A stretch of DNA of 64,000 nt, from contig OZ253442.1 of assembly GCA_965261085.1 (NCBI GenBank), positions 3,520,001-3,584,000 of the forward strand. The letters run 5' to 3'. This document shows positions 35,703-46,863 of this stretch, piece after piece. The notes under the pieces were generated by a model. That model was not told the DNA's origin and searched no databases. It worked only from the letters and a program-made list of their open reading frames with translations. Position 1 is the stretch's first letter. Each line of letters begins with the position of its first letter. This DNA comes from a bacterium. Lineage in GTDB: Bacteria > UBA8248. The translations under genes and the position numbers were made by a program.

Positions 35703-36551
35703 TCATCGCGCCAGCGTCCATTCTTCGTTTTCATACCGGGCCCGGGATATCTTGAGCGCCCTCGCGTTCTCGACCCCCGACAGCGCGCGGGGGGAAAAGC
35801 GAAAACCCAAAACCTTCTCGAGGCCCGCCTTCGAGGCGTCGGCCACATCGCGAAAAGAAATTTCCTCGCCCAGGACCTCCCAAAGACCGACCGCGTGGGC
35901 GCAGCGGGAGAGCACGCGCTCGGCCCCCCTCGGCTTGAGAAGACTCGCGAGGCGCTCCTCGGAGGAGCGAAGCAGAATGCTCCCGTGCTGTAAAACTGCG
36001 CCACCTTCGCGGCACTGCGCGCTGCCCACCATTTTCTGACCGCCAATCGCAATCTCCCACACCGACGCCGTGGCGAAACAAGAGCCTTGCGAGGCGTACG
36101 CGCTCCCGCTCGGGGGAGCCAATTCGACCTGCGCTCCCAGGGACGCCAAACCCTCGGCCAGACCCTGGCTGATTCTGCGGTAGGTTTCCTCAATCGCATC
36201 GCCCAGCAGAGCCTGCGAGCCGGTGATGGAATACGTCAACTCACAATCATGCAGCACCGCGCGTCCGCCTGTGAGCCTTCGGCAGATGTCGATTCCCTCA
36301 TCCGCGAGTCGTCCTAAAAAAATATCGCGCTCGGCGGGCTGGCCGCGGCCCAGGGAGATCGCCGGGGACGACCAGGCATAGACGCGAAAGGTGACGGGCG
36401 CCTCTTCGGGAGGGCGATTGTTTCTCAGATGGGCCTGACAACTCTCGAACAACAACTCGTCCACCGCCATGTTCCAGGCGGCGGAGGACTCGCCCGTGTC
36501 CAGGAATCGCGCATGGGGGATTTCTCGGGGTTCAGCGTTTGCGCGTTGCAT
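35703..36551 (-). CDS. Lipoate-protein ligase A/octanoyltransferase LipM family
   Basis: WNMAVDE, RVYAW..PAISLG..Q, RRLTGGRAVLH..ELTYS, CF..EI..KMVGSAQ..LQHGSI; follows gcvP. Confidence 0.9.
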   Translation of the reverse strand: MQRANAEPREIPHARFLDTGESSAAWNMAVDELLFESCQAHLRNNRPPEEAPVTFRVYAWSSPAISLGRGQPAERDIFLGRLADEGIDICRRLTGGRAVLHDCELTYSITGSQALLGDAIEETYRRISQGLAEGLASLGAQVELAPPSGSAYASQGSCFATASVWEIAIGGQKMVGSAQCREGGAVLQHGSILLRSSEERLASLLKPRGAERVLSRCAHAVGLWEVLGEEISFRDVADASKAGLEKVLGFRFSPRALSGVENARALKISRARYENEEWTLAR

Positions 36552-36553
36552 TC

Positions 36554-39442
36554 TCAGGCATAGTTCTCGACAGGCAAACAAGAGCAGACCAGATTCCTGT
36601 CTCCATATGGGTTGTTCACCCGTTTCACGGGGGGCCAGTACTTCGCCGCGCGCACCCAGGGCAGCGGGAAAACGGCTTTCTCGCGCGAATAGGGGTGGGT
36701 CCATTCATCCGACGCGATGTCCGACGCCGTGTGGGGCGCATTTTTGAGAGCGTTGTCTTCTCCGCTCATGGCCCCGTTCTCGATTTCCCTAATATCCGCC
36801 CGGATGTCGATCATCGCGTCACAGAAACGATCCAGTTCTTCTCGCGATTCGCTCTCCGTCGGCTCGATCATCAAGGTTCCCGCCACGGGAAAAGACATCG
36901 TGGGCGCATGGAAGCCATAGTCCATCAGGCGTTTCGCAATATCCTCGTTTGTCACGCCCGAGGCTTCCTGCAGGGGCCTGATGTCGATGATGCACTCATG
37001 CGCCACCATGCCGTTCGCCCCCTTGTATAAAACCTCATAGTGGGGCTCGAGCCTATTGGCCACGTAATTCGCGCTCAGAATAGCCACCTGTGTCGCCTTG
37101 ACGAGACCCTCGCCACCCATCATGGCGATATACATCCAGGAAATGGGCAATATACCGGCGCTTCCCCAGGGCGCTGCGGAAACCGCATCCACACCCGTCT
37201 CAGGCCCCACTCCCGAAACCACCGAATGTTTCGGCAAATAAGGGGACAAATGCTTCACGACGCCAATGGGGCCCATGCCGGGTCCCCCACCACCGTGGGG
37301 AATGCAAAACGTCTTGTGAAGGTTCATGTGGGAAACGTCGGGCCCGAACTCGCCGGGCTTGCAGATTCCGACCAGCGCATTGAGGTTCGCGCCGTCCATG
37401 TACACCTGACCGCCGTTTCGATGGATGATCTCGCAAATTTCCACCACGCCTTCCTCGAAAACGCCGTGCGTCGAGGGGTAGGTGATCATCAAGGCGGCGA
37501 GTTTTTCCGAAAATATTTCCGCCTTCTCCCTCAAATCTGTAATGTCCACGTTCCCGTTTGCATCACAATCGACGACCACCACCTCAAAGCCGGCCATGAC
37601 GGCGCTCGCGGGATTCGTTCCGTGGGCCGAGCTAGGAATCAGGCAGATGTTTCGATAACCCTCGTTTTTGCTCTCATGGTATTTGCGGATGACCAACAAA
37701 CCGGCGTATTCACCCTGCGCACCCGAGTTGGGCTGCATGGAAATGGAATCGAACCCCGTGCACTCGGCCAGCATGTTTTCCAGATCACCGATGAAATCCC
37801 GATAGCCCCGCACCTGTTCCTCTGGCGCGAACGGGTGAATCCCGCCGAATTCTTCCCACGTCACGGGAATCATCTCGGTGGTGGCATTGAGTTTCATCGT
37901 GCACGAGCCAAGGGGAATCATCGAGCGCGTAAGCGCGATGTCTTTTTCTTGAAGACGATAGATGTAGCGCAGCATTTCATGTTCCGCGTGGTAGGAATTG
38001 AAAACCGGATGCGTCATGTAGGGCGAGGTTCTTCTCAGGGGATCCGGAATCCGCTCCGCCGCTTCGGCCTCGACGTCATCGAACGATACGGGAGTTGACC
38101 CCACCTCGGCAAAAACCTCCCAAAGTGCTTCAACGTCTTCTCTACCGGTGGTCTCATCAAAGGCGATGCCGACGGTATCTTCATCGAGTCGCCTGAGGTT
38201 CATCCGCCGCTCCGCCGCTTTTTCGACGATTGGAGAAGCGCCTCCCGCGCCCACGCGCACCGCCACGGTGTCGAAAAAGGAATCCGCCGCCAAAGAGTAG
38301 CCCATGCGCTCGAGGCCATCGGCCAGCGCACAGGCCAGGCGGTGCGTTCTCCGGGCGATCCTCTCCACGCCGCCCGGGCCGTGGTAGACGCCGTACATGC
38401 TCGCGATGACGGCCAGCAGGACCTGGGACGTGCATATGTTGCTCGTGGCGCGCTCACGGCGTATGTGCTGTTCCCTCGTCTGCAAGGAGAGTCTCAAGGC
38501 GGGGTCTTCGTTCGCATCGATTGATACGCCGACGATGCGGCCCGGCATGGCGCGCTTGTACCTCTCCTGCGTCGCCAGATAGGCCGCATGCGGCCCACCG
38601 AAACCGAGGGGAACGCCGAAGCGCTGCGAATTCCCGACCACGACGTCGGCCCCGAACTCACCGGGGGGCTTCAGGAGCGCCAGGGCGAGAATGTCTGCGG
38701 CGACGACGACGAGGGCGTCCGTCTCGTGCGCTTTTTCCGCAAAATCGGCGTAGTCGAATATCTCCCCACTCGATGCAGGATACTGAAGCAAGACGCCGAA
38801 AACATCCCCGTCCAGCGCGACGCCTCGATGATCGTCCACCACCACTTCTATGTTCTGGGGTTCCGCCCTCGTGCGCACCACTTCAATCGTCTGGGGGTGG
38901 CAGTCTTTCGAGATGAAAAACTTGCGCCCCTTGTTCTTGCTCGCGTTCATCACCATGGTCATCGCCTCGGCGGCGGCCGTGCCCTCATCCAGCAAGGAGG
39001 CGTTGGCGATCTCCATGCCGGTGAGGTCCATGATCATGGTCTGAAAATTCAGGAGCGCCTCCATGCGCCCCTGCGAGATTTCCGGCTGATAGGGCGTGTA
39101 CGCCGTATACCAGCCCGGATTTTCCAGGATGTTGCGAAGAACTACCGTCGGGGTGTGGCAATCCGAATATCCCATGCCGAGCATGGACTTGAACACCTGA
39201 TTCCGGCCCGCGAAAGAACCCAAATCGACCAGTGCCTGTTGCTCGGTTCTGGGCGCGGCGAGTCCCAGCTTCGTGTTGGAAATGATGGATGAGGGTATGG
39301 CTTTTGCGACCAGTTCTTCCAGGGAGCCCAGATCAATCGCCCCCAGCATCGACCCGATGTCTTCATCGCTCGGCGCAATGTGGCGATGAATGAATTCTCC
39401 CCGATTCTCGAGATTATCGAGAGACAAGCGAGATTCCGGCAT
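36554..39442 (-). CDS. gcvP: Glycine dehydrogenase (decarboxylating), single-chain P protein
   Basis: [66 protein letters not shown]. Confidence 0.98.
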   Translation of the reverse strand: MPESRLSLDNLENRGEFIHRHIAPSDEDIGSMLGAIDLGSLEELVAKAIPSSIISNTKLGLAAPRTEQQALVDLGSFAGRNQVFKSMLGMGYSDCHTPTVVLRNILENPGWYTAYTPYQPEISQGRMEALLNFQTMIMDLTGMEIANASLLDEGTAAAEAMTMVMNASKNKGRKFFISKDCHPQTIEVVRTRAEPQNIEVVVDDHRGVALDGDVFGVLLQYPASSGEIFDYADFAEKAHETDALVVVAADILALALLKPPGEFGADVVVGNSQRFGVPLGFGGPHAAYLATQERYKRAMPGRIVGVSIDANEDPALRLSLQTREQHIRRERATSNICTSQVLLAVIASMYGVYHGPGGVERIARRTHRLACALADGLERMGYSLAADSFFDTVAVRVGAGGASPIVEKAAERRMNLRRLDEDTVGIAFDETTGREDVEALWEVFAEVGSTPVSFDDVEAEAAERIPDPLRRTSPYMTHPVFNSYHAEHEMLRYIYRLQEKDIALTRSMIPLGSCTMKLNATTEMIPVTWEEFGGIHPFAPEEQVRGYRDFIGDLENMLAECTGFDSISMQPNSGAQGEYAGLLVIRKYHESKNEGYRNICLIPSSAHGTNPASAVMAGFEVVVVDCDANGNVDITDLREKAEIFSEKLAALMITYPSTHGVFEEGVVEICEIIHRNGGQVYMDGANLNALVGICKPGEFGPDVSHMNLHKTFCIPHGGGGPGMGPIGVVKHLSPYLPKHSVVSGVGPETGVDAVSAAPWGSAGILPISWMYIAMMGGEGLVKATQVAILSANYVANRLEPHYEVLYKGANGMVAHECIIDIRPLQEASGVTNEDIAKRLMDYGFHAPTMSFPVAGTLMIEPTESESREELDRFCDAMIDIRADIREIENGAMSGEDNALKNAPHTASDIASDEWTHPYSREKAVFPLPWVRAAKYWPPVKRVNNPYGDRNLVCSCLPVENYA

Positions 39443-39549
39443 GAATGCGCCCCTTCAGGTTATGGGGATTCAGGCGGATACGTCATTTCCGCTCCGGTTC
39501 ACGGGAGATGAAAAATCGCTTCCAGCGCGAAGGAGAGAGCCGTTTCAGG

Positions 39550-39939
39550 CTAATCGCTTTCCTCCTCGGTGTACGCCCGGTACGAATCGGCTTCCAGAAG
39601 TTCGTTCAACTCCGACTCGTCTTTCATCTCCACGCGAATCATCCAGCCGTCTTCATAGGGGTCGGAATTCACGAGTTCGGGCTCGTCCTCGAGCGTCGTG
39701 TTCACCTCGGTGACGACGCCCGAGACCGGCGCAAAGAGGTCCGAGACCGCCTTGACGCTCTCCACGACGCCGAAGGTGTTGTTCGCCTCCACCTCCAACC
39801 CGACTTCGGGCAGTTCGACGTACACCACGTCCCCCAGTTCAGCTTGGGCGAAGTCCGTTATCCCAATCAACGCGGTATTTTCCTCTACCCTCACCCACTC
39901 GTGTTCTCTGGAATATTTGAGGCCGCTCGGTAGTTCCAT
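39550..39939 (-). CDS. gcvH: Glycine cleavage system H protein
   Basis: [28 protein letters not shown] (lipoyl Lys), NSDPY..GW. Confidence 0.98.
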   Translation of the reverse strand: MELPSGLKYSREHEWVRVEENTALIGITDFAQAELGDVVYVELPEVGLEVEANNTFGVVESVKAVSDLFAPVSGVVTEVNTTLEDEPELVNSDPYEDGWMIRVEMKDESELNELLEADSYRAYTEEESD

Positions 39940-40013
39940 GCTCCTGAATGCCTCCCTTTTAGATGACGGCAGTTCCTTATGATTTGTTATGAGAAAACGG
40001 AATTCACTCCGTT

Positions 40014-41123
40014 TTAACTCTTTTTGTAAAAAGGCGTCTTCACTATCTGCGCCCGCCTGGCCTTGCCGCGAATGTCGATTTCGAGAGCAGCGCCCTCATC
40101 CGCATTCGACGCAGGAACGTAGCCTATCCCGATGGCTTTGCCAAGAGAGGGACTCATCGTCCCGCTCGTAACGCCTCCGGCCACTTCGCCGTCGATCAGG
40201 ACGGGCGCTCCATGACGAGGAATACCACGATCCACCATTTCGAATCCAACCAGTTTTCTCTTTACTCCTTCGGCCTTGAGGGCCAGCAATTTCTCCCGGC
40301 CGACGAAATCTCCCGCCTTGTACTTCACCACCCAGCCGAGGCCCGCCTCGAGTGGGTGGGTGGACTCGTCGATATCGTTTCCGTACAGGGCGAATTTCAT
40401 CTCCGTGCGTAAGGTATCCCGCGCGCCCAGCCCACAGGGCTTGAGTCCCTCGCCCCCGCCCTCGCTCATCAGCGCATCCCAGATCGCGGGCGCATCGGGT
40501 GATTTGCAATACAACTCGAAGCCGTCCTCTCCCGTGTAGCCCGTGCGGGAGACCAGCACCTCACACCCCGCCACGTCCTTATACCGCGCCCCGTAATAGG
40601 GGATGTCCGCGAGGTCCCCTCCCCCCGGAATCAATGTCCCTAAAATGGATTCGGCTTTGGGGCCCTGTAAGGCGAGGAGGCCCGTCTCATCGCTCACGTT
40701 TTGAAACGCACACGCCTCGGTGTGGTGGGAGGACATCCACTCCCAATCCTTTTCGATGTTCGCCGCGTTCACGACGGCCATGTAGCGCTCTTCTTCGAGC
40801 CGGTAGACCGTGAGGTCATCCACGATGCCGCCTTCCGCCCGGCACATGGCCGCATACAGGACGCCGCCCACGTCGAGCCTCAGCACGTTGTTCGTGACCA
40901 TCTTGTGGATGAAAACGCCCGCGTACTTCCCCCGGGCTTCGAACTCGCCCATGTGGCTCACGTCGAACAGGCCGGCCGCCTCGCGCACCGCATGGTGCTC
41001 ATCGATGACACCCGTGTACTGGACGGGCATTTCATAGCCCGCGAAGGGCACCATCTTGGCGCCTGCGGCCTTGTGGGTTTCATAAAGGGAGGTTCTACGC
41101 AGTTCCTGTTCGCCACTCGCCAT
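40014..41123 (-). CDS. gcvT: Glycine cleavage system aminomethyltransferase T
   Basis: [51 protein letters not shown]. Confidence 0.98.
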   Translation of the reverse strand: MASGEQELRRTSLYETHKAAGAKMVPFAGYEMPVQYTGVIDEHHAVREAAGLFDVSHMGEFEARGKYAGVFIHKMVTNNVLRLDVGGVLYAAMCRAEGGIVDDLTVYRLEEERYMAVVNAANIEKDWEWMSSHHTEACAFQNVSDETGLLALQGPKAESILGTLIPGGGDLADIPYYGARYKDVAGCEVLVSRTGYTGEDGFELYCKSPDAPAIWDALMSEGGGEGLKPCGLGARDTLRTEMKFALYGNDIDESTHPLEAGLGWVVKYKAGDFVGREKLLALKAEGVKRKLVGFEMVDRGIPRHGAPVLIDGEVAGGVTSGTMSPSLGKAIGIGYVPASNADEGAALEIDIRGKARRAQIVKTPFYKKS

Positions 41124-41286
41124 GAACGACCCCCCGCGCCTGATGGAAATTCCGCTCCTCCACGAGCCTTACCGCGTATCGGGATGAATTTCAAGGGTTT
41201 CGTTCTAATTCACCGGAAAAACCGGGAGTACGGCTCAAAACGAATTTACAAGAAACGGAATTTCAAGGATTCAGAAAATCCCTCAC

Positions 41287-42438
41287 CTATGAAAACGCGC
41301 GGATTCCGGTTTCATACCCGGCGATGATGAGTTTTTGAATCTGGCTGGTTCCCTCGTAAATCGTCGCTACGCGGGCGTCGCGCATGTAGCGCTCCACGGG
41401 ATACTCGTTGCTGTAGCCCATGCCGCCATGAACCTGAATGGCGTCGTTCGCGCAGCGCAGGGCCGCTTCGCTGCAATAGTATTTGGCGATGGAGGTCTCG
41501 CGCGTATTCGGCTTGCCAGCATTCTTGAGCTCGCCCGCCCGGTAGAGCAGGAGCCTGCTCGCGTCGATATCGACCACCATGCGGGCGATCATGTCCTGTA
41601 CGAGTTGATGCGCCGCAATGGGCTTGCCGAACGTGTGGCGCTCCTTCGCGTAGGCGACGGACGCCTCGAGAGAGCCTTGCGCGATTCCCAGACAACCAGC
41701 GGCCACCGAATAGCGACCGTTGTCCAGCGCGCTCATAGCGACCTTGAAGCCATCACCCACCTCTCCCATCAAGGCGTCATCGGGCGCCTCCACGTTCGCC
41801 AGGAAAAGCTCCGCCGTGTCTGAACTGCGAAGCCCCAGCTTTCCGTGCATCGTCTTCGCCTCGAAGCCGGGCAGGTCGGTTTCCACCAGAAACGCCGCCA
41901 TCTTCCGGGGATTCTCGCGATCGGTCTGCGCGATCACGAGCGCCAGTTGCGCGACGCCGCCGTTGCTAATCCATATCTTCTGCCCGCTCAGCTTCCAGCC
42001 GCCCGAGATCTTCTGCGCAAAAGTCTTCAAGTTCTGCGCGTCCGAGCCCACGTCCGGCTCCGTCAAGCCGAAACACCCTATCCATTCCGCCGAGCACAGC
42101 CTGGGCAGGTATTTATTCTTCTGCGCCTCACTCCCCCACTTGAGGATCGTGGTGGCGACGAGAGAAAGCTGCACCGACAAGACGGTGCGCACCGAACTAC
42201 ACGCCTTGCTTATCTCCTCGTTCATGATGGCGTAGGAGATATAGTCGAGACCCCCACCGCCGTATTCTTCAGGTATCGGCCCGCCGAACATTCCCAACTC
42301 GCCCATTTCGCGCACGATGTCCGCCGGGTACCTTTCTTTCTCGTCGTTCTCCCGGGCCACGGGCACGATTCGCCTCTTGGCGAACTCCGCCGCCGTATCC
42401 TTGATCAGCCGCTGGGTCTCGTTGAGTTCAAAATCCAC
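41287..42438 (-). CDS. Acyl-CoA dehydrogenase (short-chain/butyryl-CoA type)
   Basis: FGLTEP..GSD, KIWISNG, KLGLRSS.T, GR..VAA, QVHGGMGY, IYEGTSQIQ. Confidence 0.93.
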   Translation of the reverse strand: MDFELNETQRLIKDTAAEFAKRRIVPVARENDEKERYPADIVREMGELGMFGGPIPEEYGGGGLDYISYAIMNEEISKACSSVRTVLSVQLSLVATTILKWGSEAQKNKYLPRLCSAEWIGCFGLTEPDVGSDAQNLKTFAQKISGGWKLSGQKIWISNGGVAQLALVIAQTDRENPRKMAAFLVETDLPGFEAKTMHGKLGLRSSDTAELFLANVEAPDDALMGEVGDGFKVAMSALDNGRYSVAAGCLGIAQGSLEASVAYAKERHTFGKPIAAHQLVQDMIARMVVDIDASRLLLYRAGELKNAGKPNTRETSIAKYYCSEAALRCANDAIQVHGGMGYSNEYPVERYMRDARVATIYEGTSQIQKLIIAGYETGIRAFS

Positions 42439-42459
42439 TGTTATCTCAGGATTCGGGCT

Positions 42460-43317
42460 TTAGGATTCATACGTGAAGAAACCGCGGCCCGTCTTGCGGC
42501 CCAGGTGGCCCGCCCTGACCATCTTGCGCAACAAGAAGTTGGGCCGGTAGCGCGTGTCACCCAGTTCGCGGTAGAGCGTCTCCGTCTTGGCGAGGTGGAT
42601 ATCCACGCCGATCAGGTCGATGAGTTCCAAAGGACCCATGGGCAGGCCTGCGCCCATCTTCATCGCCTTGTCGATGTCCTCGGCGGACGCCAAACCGCCC
42701 GCATAGACCTCCACCGCCTCGTTTAGCATCCCCGCCAGCACGCGGCTGCCGATGCCCGCCGGGCTGTCGAAATTCGCCATGACGGGCACCTTGCCGAGCC
42801 GCTCGGCCAGGTTGCGCACGGCTTCCACCGTATCTTTCGAGGTGCCGAGGCCCGGCATGATCTCCACGAGCTTCATGACCACCGGCGGGTTGAAGAAATG
42901 AACGCCCACCACCTTCTCCGGCCTCGATGTGGCCGCCGCCATCTCGGTGATGGAGAGCGAAGTCGTATTCGACGCGAAGATCGCGCCCTCAGGCGCTGCT
43001 TCATCCAGAGCGCCCAACACCTCTTTCTTGATTTCCATGTCCTCGAAAACCGCCTCGACGACGATGTCCACCTCCGCCGCCTTCGAATAACCCGTCCCCG
43101 GCGTGATGCGCGAGAAAATGGCGTCTTTATCCTCCGCGCTCATCTTGCCCTGCTCGACGCGCTTCGCGACGCGCGCCTCAAGGCCCCCGAGAGCCTTCAC
43201 GACCATCTCTTCGCTCAAGTCGGTCAGAACCACCGGAATCTCGTTTTGCGCGAAAATCTGGGCGATTCCTGCGCCCATCGTACCCGCGCCCACCACCATT
43301 GCTTTTTCTATACCCAT
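42460..43317 (-). CDS. 3-hydroxyacyl-CoA (3-hydroxybutyryl-CoA) dehydrogenase
   Basis: GAGTMGAGIA, VEAVFE, ASNTTSL, HFFNP..MKLVE, PMGP, GRKTGRGF. Confidence 0.93.
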   Translation of the reverse strand: MGIEKAMVVGAGTMGAGIAQIFAQNEIPVVLTDLSEEMVVKALGGLEARVAKRVEQGKMSAEDKDAIFSRITPGTGYSKAAEVDIVVEAVFEDMEIKKEVLGALDEAAPEGAIFASNTTSLSITEMAAATSRPEKVVGVHFFNPPVVMKLVEIMPGLGTSKDTVEAVRNLAERLGKVPVMANFDSPAGIGSRVLAGMLNEAVEVYAGGLASAEDIDKAMKMGAGLPMGPLELIDLIGVDIHLAKTETLYRELGDTRYRPNFLLRKMVRAGHLGRKTGRGFFTYES

Positions 43318-43356
43318 CTCACCCTCTAGTGTCCCTGAACCTTATAAAACCCGCGT

Positions 43357-44541
43357 CTAGGCGACGCGCTCCAGAACGACGGCCACCCCCTGGCCCCCGC
43401 CGATGCAGGCGCTGACGACGCCGAACTGCTCACCTCTTTGCGCGAGCGCGCTGAGACAAGTGGCGATAATCTTTCCGCCCGTAGCACCCACCGGATGCCC
43501 GAGAGCGATGGCGCCGCCGTGTACGTTGAGCTTTTTCCTGTCCCATTCGAGTTCGCGCTCACAAGCGATGACCTGGGCGGCGAACGCCTCGTTCACCTCG
43601 ATCAGATCCATATCCGCAAGCGAAAGCCCCGCGCGTTCGAGCGCCTTGGGTATTGCCGTGACGGGCCCCAGCCCCATGTAGCGGGGCTCCACGCCCGTCG
43701 AGGCGTAGCCGCGCAGGATGGCGATGGGTTTTACGCCCAATTCGTCCGCCTTCTCCTTGGACGCCAGTACGAGGGCGGAGGCCGCATCCGCCTGACAGCA
43801 CGAATTACCGGGGGTGACGGAACCGTTCTTGTCGAAAACGGGCTTGAGCCTGCCGAGTTTTTCCATCGACATGCCGCTGCGCGGCGTCTCGTCCTTATCG
43901 AACACGTTCACCTCGCCTTTGCGCCCCTTGAGTTCGATCGGCGCGATTTCCCCGGCGAACCTGCCTCCCTCGATGGCCGCTAATGCCTTCTCCTGGCTTT
44001 CGAGCGCGTACTCGTCCTGCTCCTCACGGCTCAGGTTGTATCGCTCCACCAGATTCTCGGCCGTCACGCCCATGAGTTGTCCCGAAAGGGGATCTTCATA
44101 GCCGTCCTTGTAGATCAGATCCAGAAACTGCGCGTGGCCGAAGCGGTTCCCCCACCTGGCGCACGGGTTCACGAAGGGCACGTTGGATGTGCTCTCCACG
44201 CCTCCGGCCAGGACGACCTCCGCATCGCCCGCGCGAATCGCCTGGGCGGCCAGGGCGGCGGCCTTGATGCTCGAGCCGCAGCGCTTGTTGATCGTGTAGG
44301 CGGGCGTCTCGTTGGGAAGACCCGCGCCCACCGAGATGAGCCGCGCGGAATTCGGCCCCACGCCCGCCTGCCATCCGTGGCCGATGATGGTCTCGTCGAA
44401 ATGTTCCGGCTCCACGCCCGATCTTTGAATAGCCTCTCGCGCGATGCGCACGCCCAACTCCGGTGCGGTCATGCCCTTGAGCGCGCCGCCGAAGGCCCCG
44501 CCCGGAGAACGAACGCTGCTGAGAATGACGACTTCTTTCAT
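43357..44541 (-). CDS. Acetyl-CoA C-acyltransferase (thiolase)
   Basis: INKRCGSS, GGVES, MGVTAE, EVNEAFA, GGAIALGHPVGATG, CIGGGQG. Confidence 0.94.
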   Translation of the reverse strand: MKEVVILSSVRSPGGAFGGALKGMTAPELGVRIAREAIQRSGVEPEHFDETIIGHGWQAGVGPNSARLISVGAGLPNETPAYTINKRCGSSIKAAALAAQAIRAGDAEVVLAGGVESTSNVPFVNPCARWGNRFGHAQFLDLIYKDGYEDPLSGQLMGVTAENLVERYNLSREEQDEYALESQEKALAAIEGGRFAGEIAPIELKGRKGEVNVFDKDETPRSGMSMEKLGRLKPVFDKNGSVTPGNSCCQADAASALVLASKEKADELGVKPIAILRGYASTGVEPRYMGLGPVTAIPKALERAGLSLADMDLIEVNEAFAAQVIACERELEWDRKKLNVHGGAIALGHPVGATGGKIIATCLSALAQRGEQFGVVSACIGGGQGVAVVLERVA

Positions 44542-44744
44542 ATAAGCCCTCAATTTTCAAAGAGATAAATTTCTCTCCCCTCAAAAGGTTCAAAATTCAG
44601 GGAAGAGAAGCCAATTTCAGAAATGGTATTTCCATGCGTCAGGGGTTCTTATGGCATATCTCGAACGCGATAGGCAAGGAATGATGCGCATCACGAACGC
44701 ATGGAACCGAGCGACCTGGGTGCGAAACGCCGCCGACGAAAGCG

Positions 44745-45710
44745 CTATCCCCGCAAACTCTCCAGCAGCTTCAGAAAATCCGCCGGGGGTTCGGACACCA
44801 ACTCCCGCTCCTCCCCGTCGATGGGGTGGCGGAAAGACAACCTGTGCGCATGGAGCGCTTGTCTGTCGATGGAGTTCTGCTGATTGGATTTTGTTTTCTT
44901 ACGCGGCCCTCTCGGCAAGCGGCCCAGGCCGTACACCGGATCGCCCAGGACGGGATGCCCGATGTAGCTCATGTGCACCCTGATCTGGTGCGTTCTGCCC
45001 GTCTCAAGCGTTACACCCAAAAGCGATGCGTCTCCCAGTACCTCGCGGACAGCGTAATGGGTCACCGCGCGGCGACCGCTCTCGACGACCGCCATGGCCG
45101 TCCGATGAGTAGGATGCCGGCCGATGGGAGCGTCTATCGTCCCTTCCCCCTGCGCGGGGATCCCCCGGACGATGGCCAGGTAGTGCCGGTGAATCCGGCG
45201 CGCCTTGAGGTCTGCGGAGAGTTTTCTGTGCGCCGGGTCCGTTTTCGCCGCAATCAGTAGGCCGGACGTATCCTTGTCGAGCCGGTGAACGATGCCGGGC
45301 CTCTCCACCCCGCCGATGCCCGAAAGCTGCCCTCTGCAGTGATGCAAAAGAGCCGCGGCCAGGGTTCCCTTGCGCTGGCCGGCGCCGGGGTGAACCACCA
45401 TGCCGGGCGGCTTGTTGATGACGAGAAGATGCGCGTCTTCGTACCGAACATCGAGCGCAATCTCTTCGGCCTCGATGTGGGAGGGTTCGGGCGGTGGGAT
45501 CCTCACGAAGATGCGCGCGCCGCTTTCGATGCTATGCGCCGTTTTCTTCTCCACCCTGCCATTGACGGACACCATGCCGTCTCTGATGAGTCCCTGCGCG
45601 CGAGAGCGGGAGAGTTCCTGGAGATTTTTCGCCAGAAACGAATCGATGCGCTTGGCGCCCTCATGGCAGGTCAACGCATAGGTCTTCTCGCCCCCGTCTC
45701 CCATATTCAT
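44745..45710 (-). CDS. RluA family pseudouridine synthase (RluD-like, S4 domain)
   Basis: RIDSFL..SRSRAQ S4 domain, NKPPGMVVHP, HRLDKDTSG, TGRTHQIRVH, QALHA. Confidence 0.93.
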   Translation of the reverse strand: MNMGDGGEKTYALTCHEGAKRIDSFLAKNLQELSRSRAQGLIRDGMVSVNGRVEKKTAHSIESGARIFVRIPPPEPSHIEAEEIALDVRYEDAHLLVINKPPGMVVHPGAGQRKGTLAAALLHHCRGQLSGIGGVERPGIVHRLDKDTSGLLIAAKTDPAHRKLSADLKARRIHRHYLAIVRGIPAQGEGTIDAPIGRHPTHRTAMAVVESGRRAVTHYAVREVLGDASLLGVTLETGRTHQIRVHMSYIGHPVLGDPVYGLGRLPRGPRKKTKSNQQNSIDRQALHAHRLSFRHPIDGEERELVSEPPADFLKLLESLRG

Positions 45711-46255
45711 ACCTTGAGGAGAGTGACGATGAGGCGCGTTCTGGAATAGAGCGTCCCCCGAACCTGATCGCCCGGCGCCAGGATGTCATGGTAGCCCTGC
45801 GCGGCTATAAACCATCCTTCTTTCACGATTTTTCCGCTCCCGAGAGTCAGCGGGCGCATCCCCACGCCGCGAACGATTTGGAGATGATACTTCTCCTCCA
45901 GAAAAGCCAGCTTGTTCCAGAAGATGTAGGAGGCTTTGGACGCCACCCGGCCCTCGAAGCTCACGGGTTCGCCCATCAGATCTCTCAGCGCGCGCGAGGT
46001 TCTCCAGAATGAATAGGCGAGAAAAACGCCCAGAACAGAAGCGGCGACGTAGAAGATGGCCTCGTGCGCGATGGGCCGCCGCGCGATTAAAAATCCCAGG
46101 CCCGAAATACACGCCAGAGAAACCAGGCTCCAGAAAACAGACGTGTTCCATAAATAATGGCGCGCATAGCTGCGCGCCCTGGTCGCCGAGCCTACAGAGG
46201 GATTGTTTTGACTGGAATGGGAACCCGAAAACGAGAAAGGGCCTAACATCTCCAC
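45707..46255 (-). CDS. Hypothetical membrane protein (two TM helices plus beta-rich C-terminus)
   Basis: Two hydrophobic segments; stop overlaps the rluA start (ATGA); co-oriented in the operon. Confidence 0.6.
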   Translation of the reverse strand: MEMLGPFSFSGSHSSQNNPSVGSATRARSYARHYLWNTSVFWSLVSLACISGLGFLIARRPIAHEAIFYVAASVLGVFLAYSFWRTSRALRDLMGEPVSFEGRVASKASYIFWNKLAFLEEKYHLQIVRGVGMRPLTLGSGKIVKEGWFIAAQGYHDILAPGDQVRGTLYSRTRLIVTLLKV

Positions 46256-46353
46256 CCCTTAAAATAAGGAGAATCGACCGGCGCGCGAAGGCCGGCTATT
46301 CACTTAAGGAATCGCTCTCCTTAAAACTTGGGCCGCCCCGCGCGACGCCTCGC

Positions 46354-46863
46354 CTATCCGCCCTTCCCGATTGATGCGGTTTCGCCCTGCCCCCGAAAGA
46401 GGTCGACTATCATCAGACCGACCCCCACCGTGATCCCTGAGTCCGCGAGGTTGAACGCGGGCCAATGGTATTGCCCGTAATAAAACAGCAGGTAATCGAT
46501 CACCTCGCCATAGGCGACCCTGTCGACCAGGTTTCCCAGCCCCCCGCCAAAAACGAGAATCATGCCCGCTCTTCCCCAGAGGTTTCCCGGCGGGTGAGAG
46601 CGGTATAGATAGAGGACGAAGGCCAACGCCGCCAGGGTGGCGCAGATGAAAAACAATCGACCCCACAGGGGAGGCAGGCCGTCGAGAATGCTGAACGCCC
46701 CGCCTGAATTTCTCAAATATACGAGATTGAAAAAACCCGGAACAACGGGGAGCGACTCACCGAAGGTGAAACTTTTATCGACGATTTGTTTGACAACCTG
46801 ATCGGCCAAGGCGAAAAGAGCAGCAATGAGAAAAAACGGTTTGAGCCCCCGCGCTTCGCTCAC
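46354..46863 (-). CDS. lspA: Lipoprotein signal peptidase II
   Basis: [36 protein letters not shown]; GTG overlaps the ileS stop. Confidence 0.96.
   Translation of the reverse strand: MSEARGLKPFFLIAALFALADQVVKQIVDKSFTFGESLPVVPGFFNLVYLRNSGGAFSILDGLPPLWGRLFFICATLAALAFVLYLYRSHPPGNLWGRAGMILVFGGGLGNLVDRVAYGEVIDYLLFYYGQYHWPAFNLADSGITVGVGLMIVDLFRGQGETASIGKGG

Noticed and set aside
41124-41286. Glycine riboswitch upstream of gcvT
   Set aside because: Conserved GGAGA/CCGAAG/CTCAGG elements are absent
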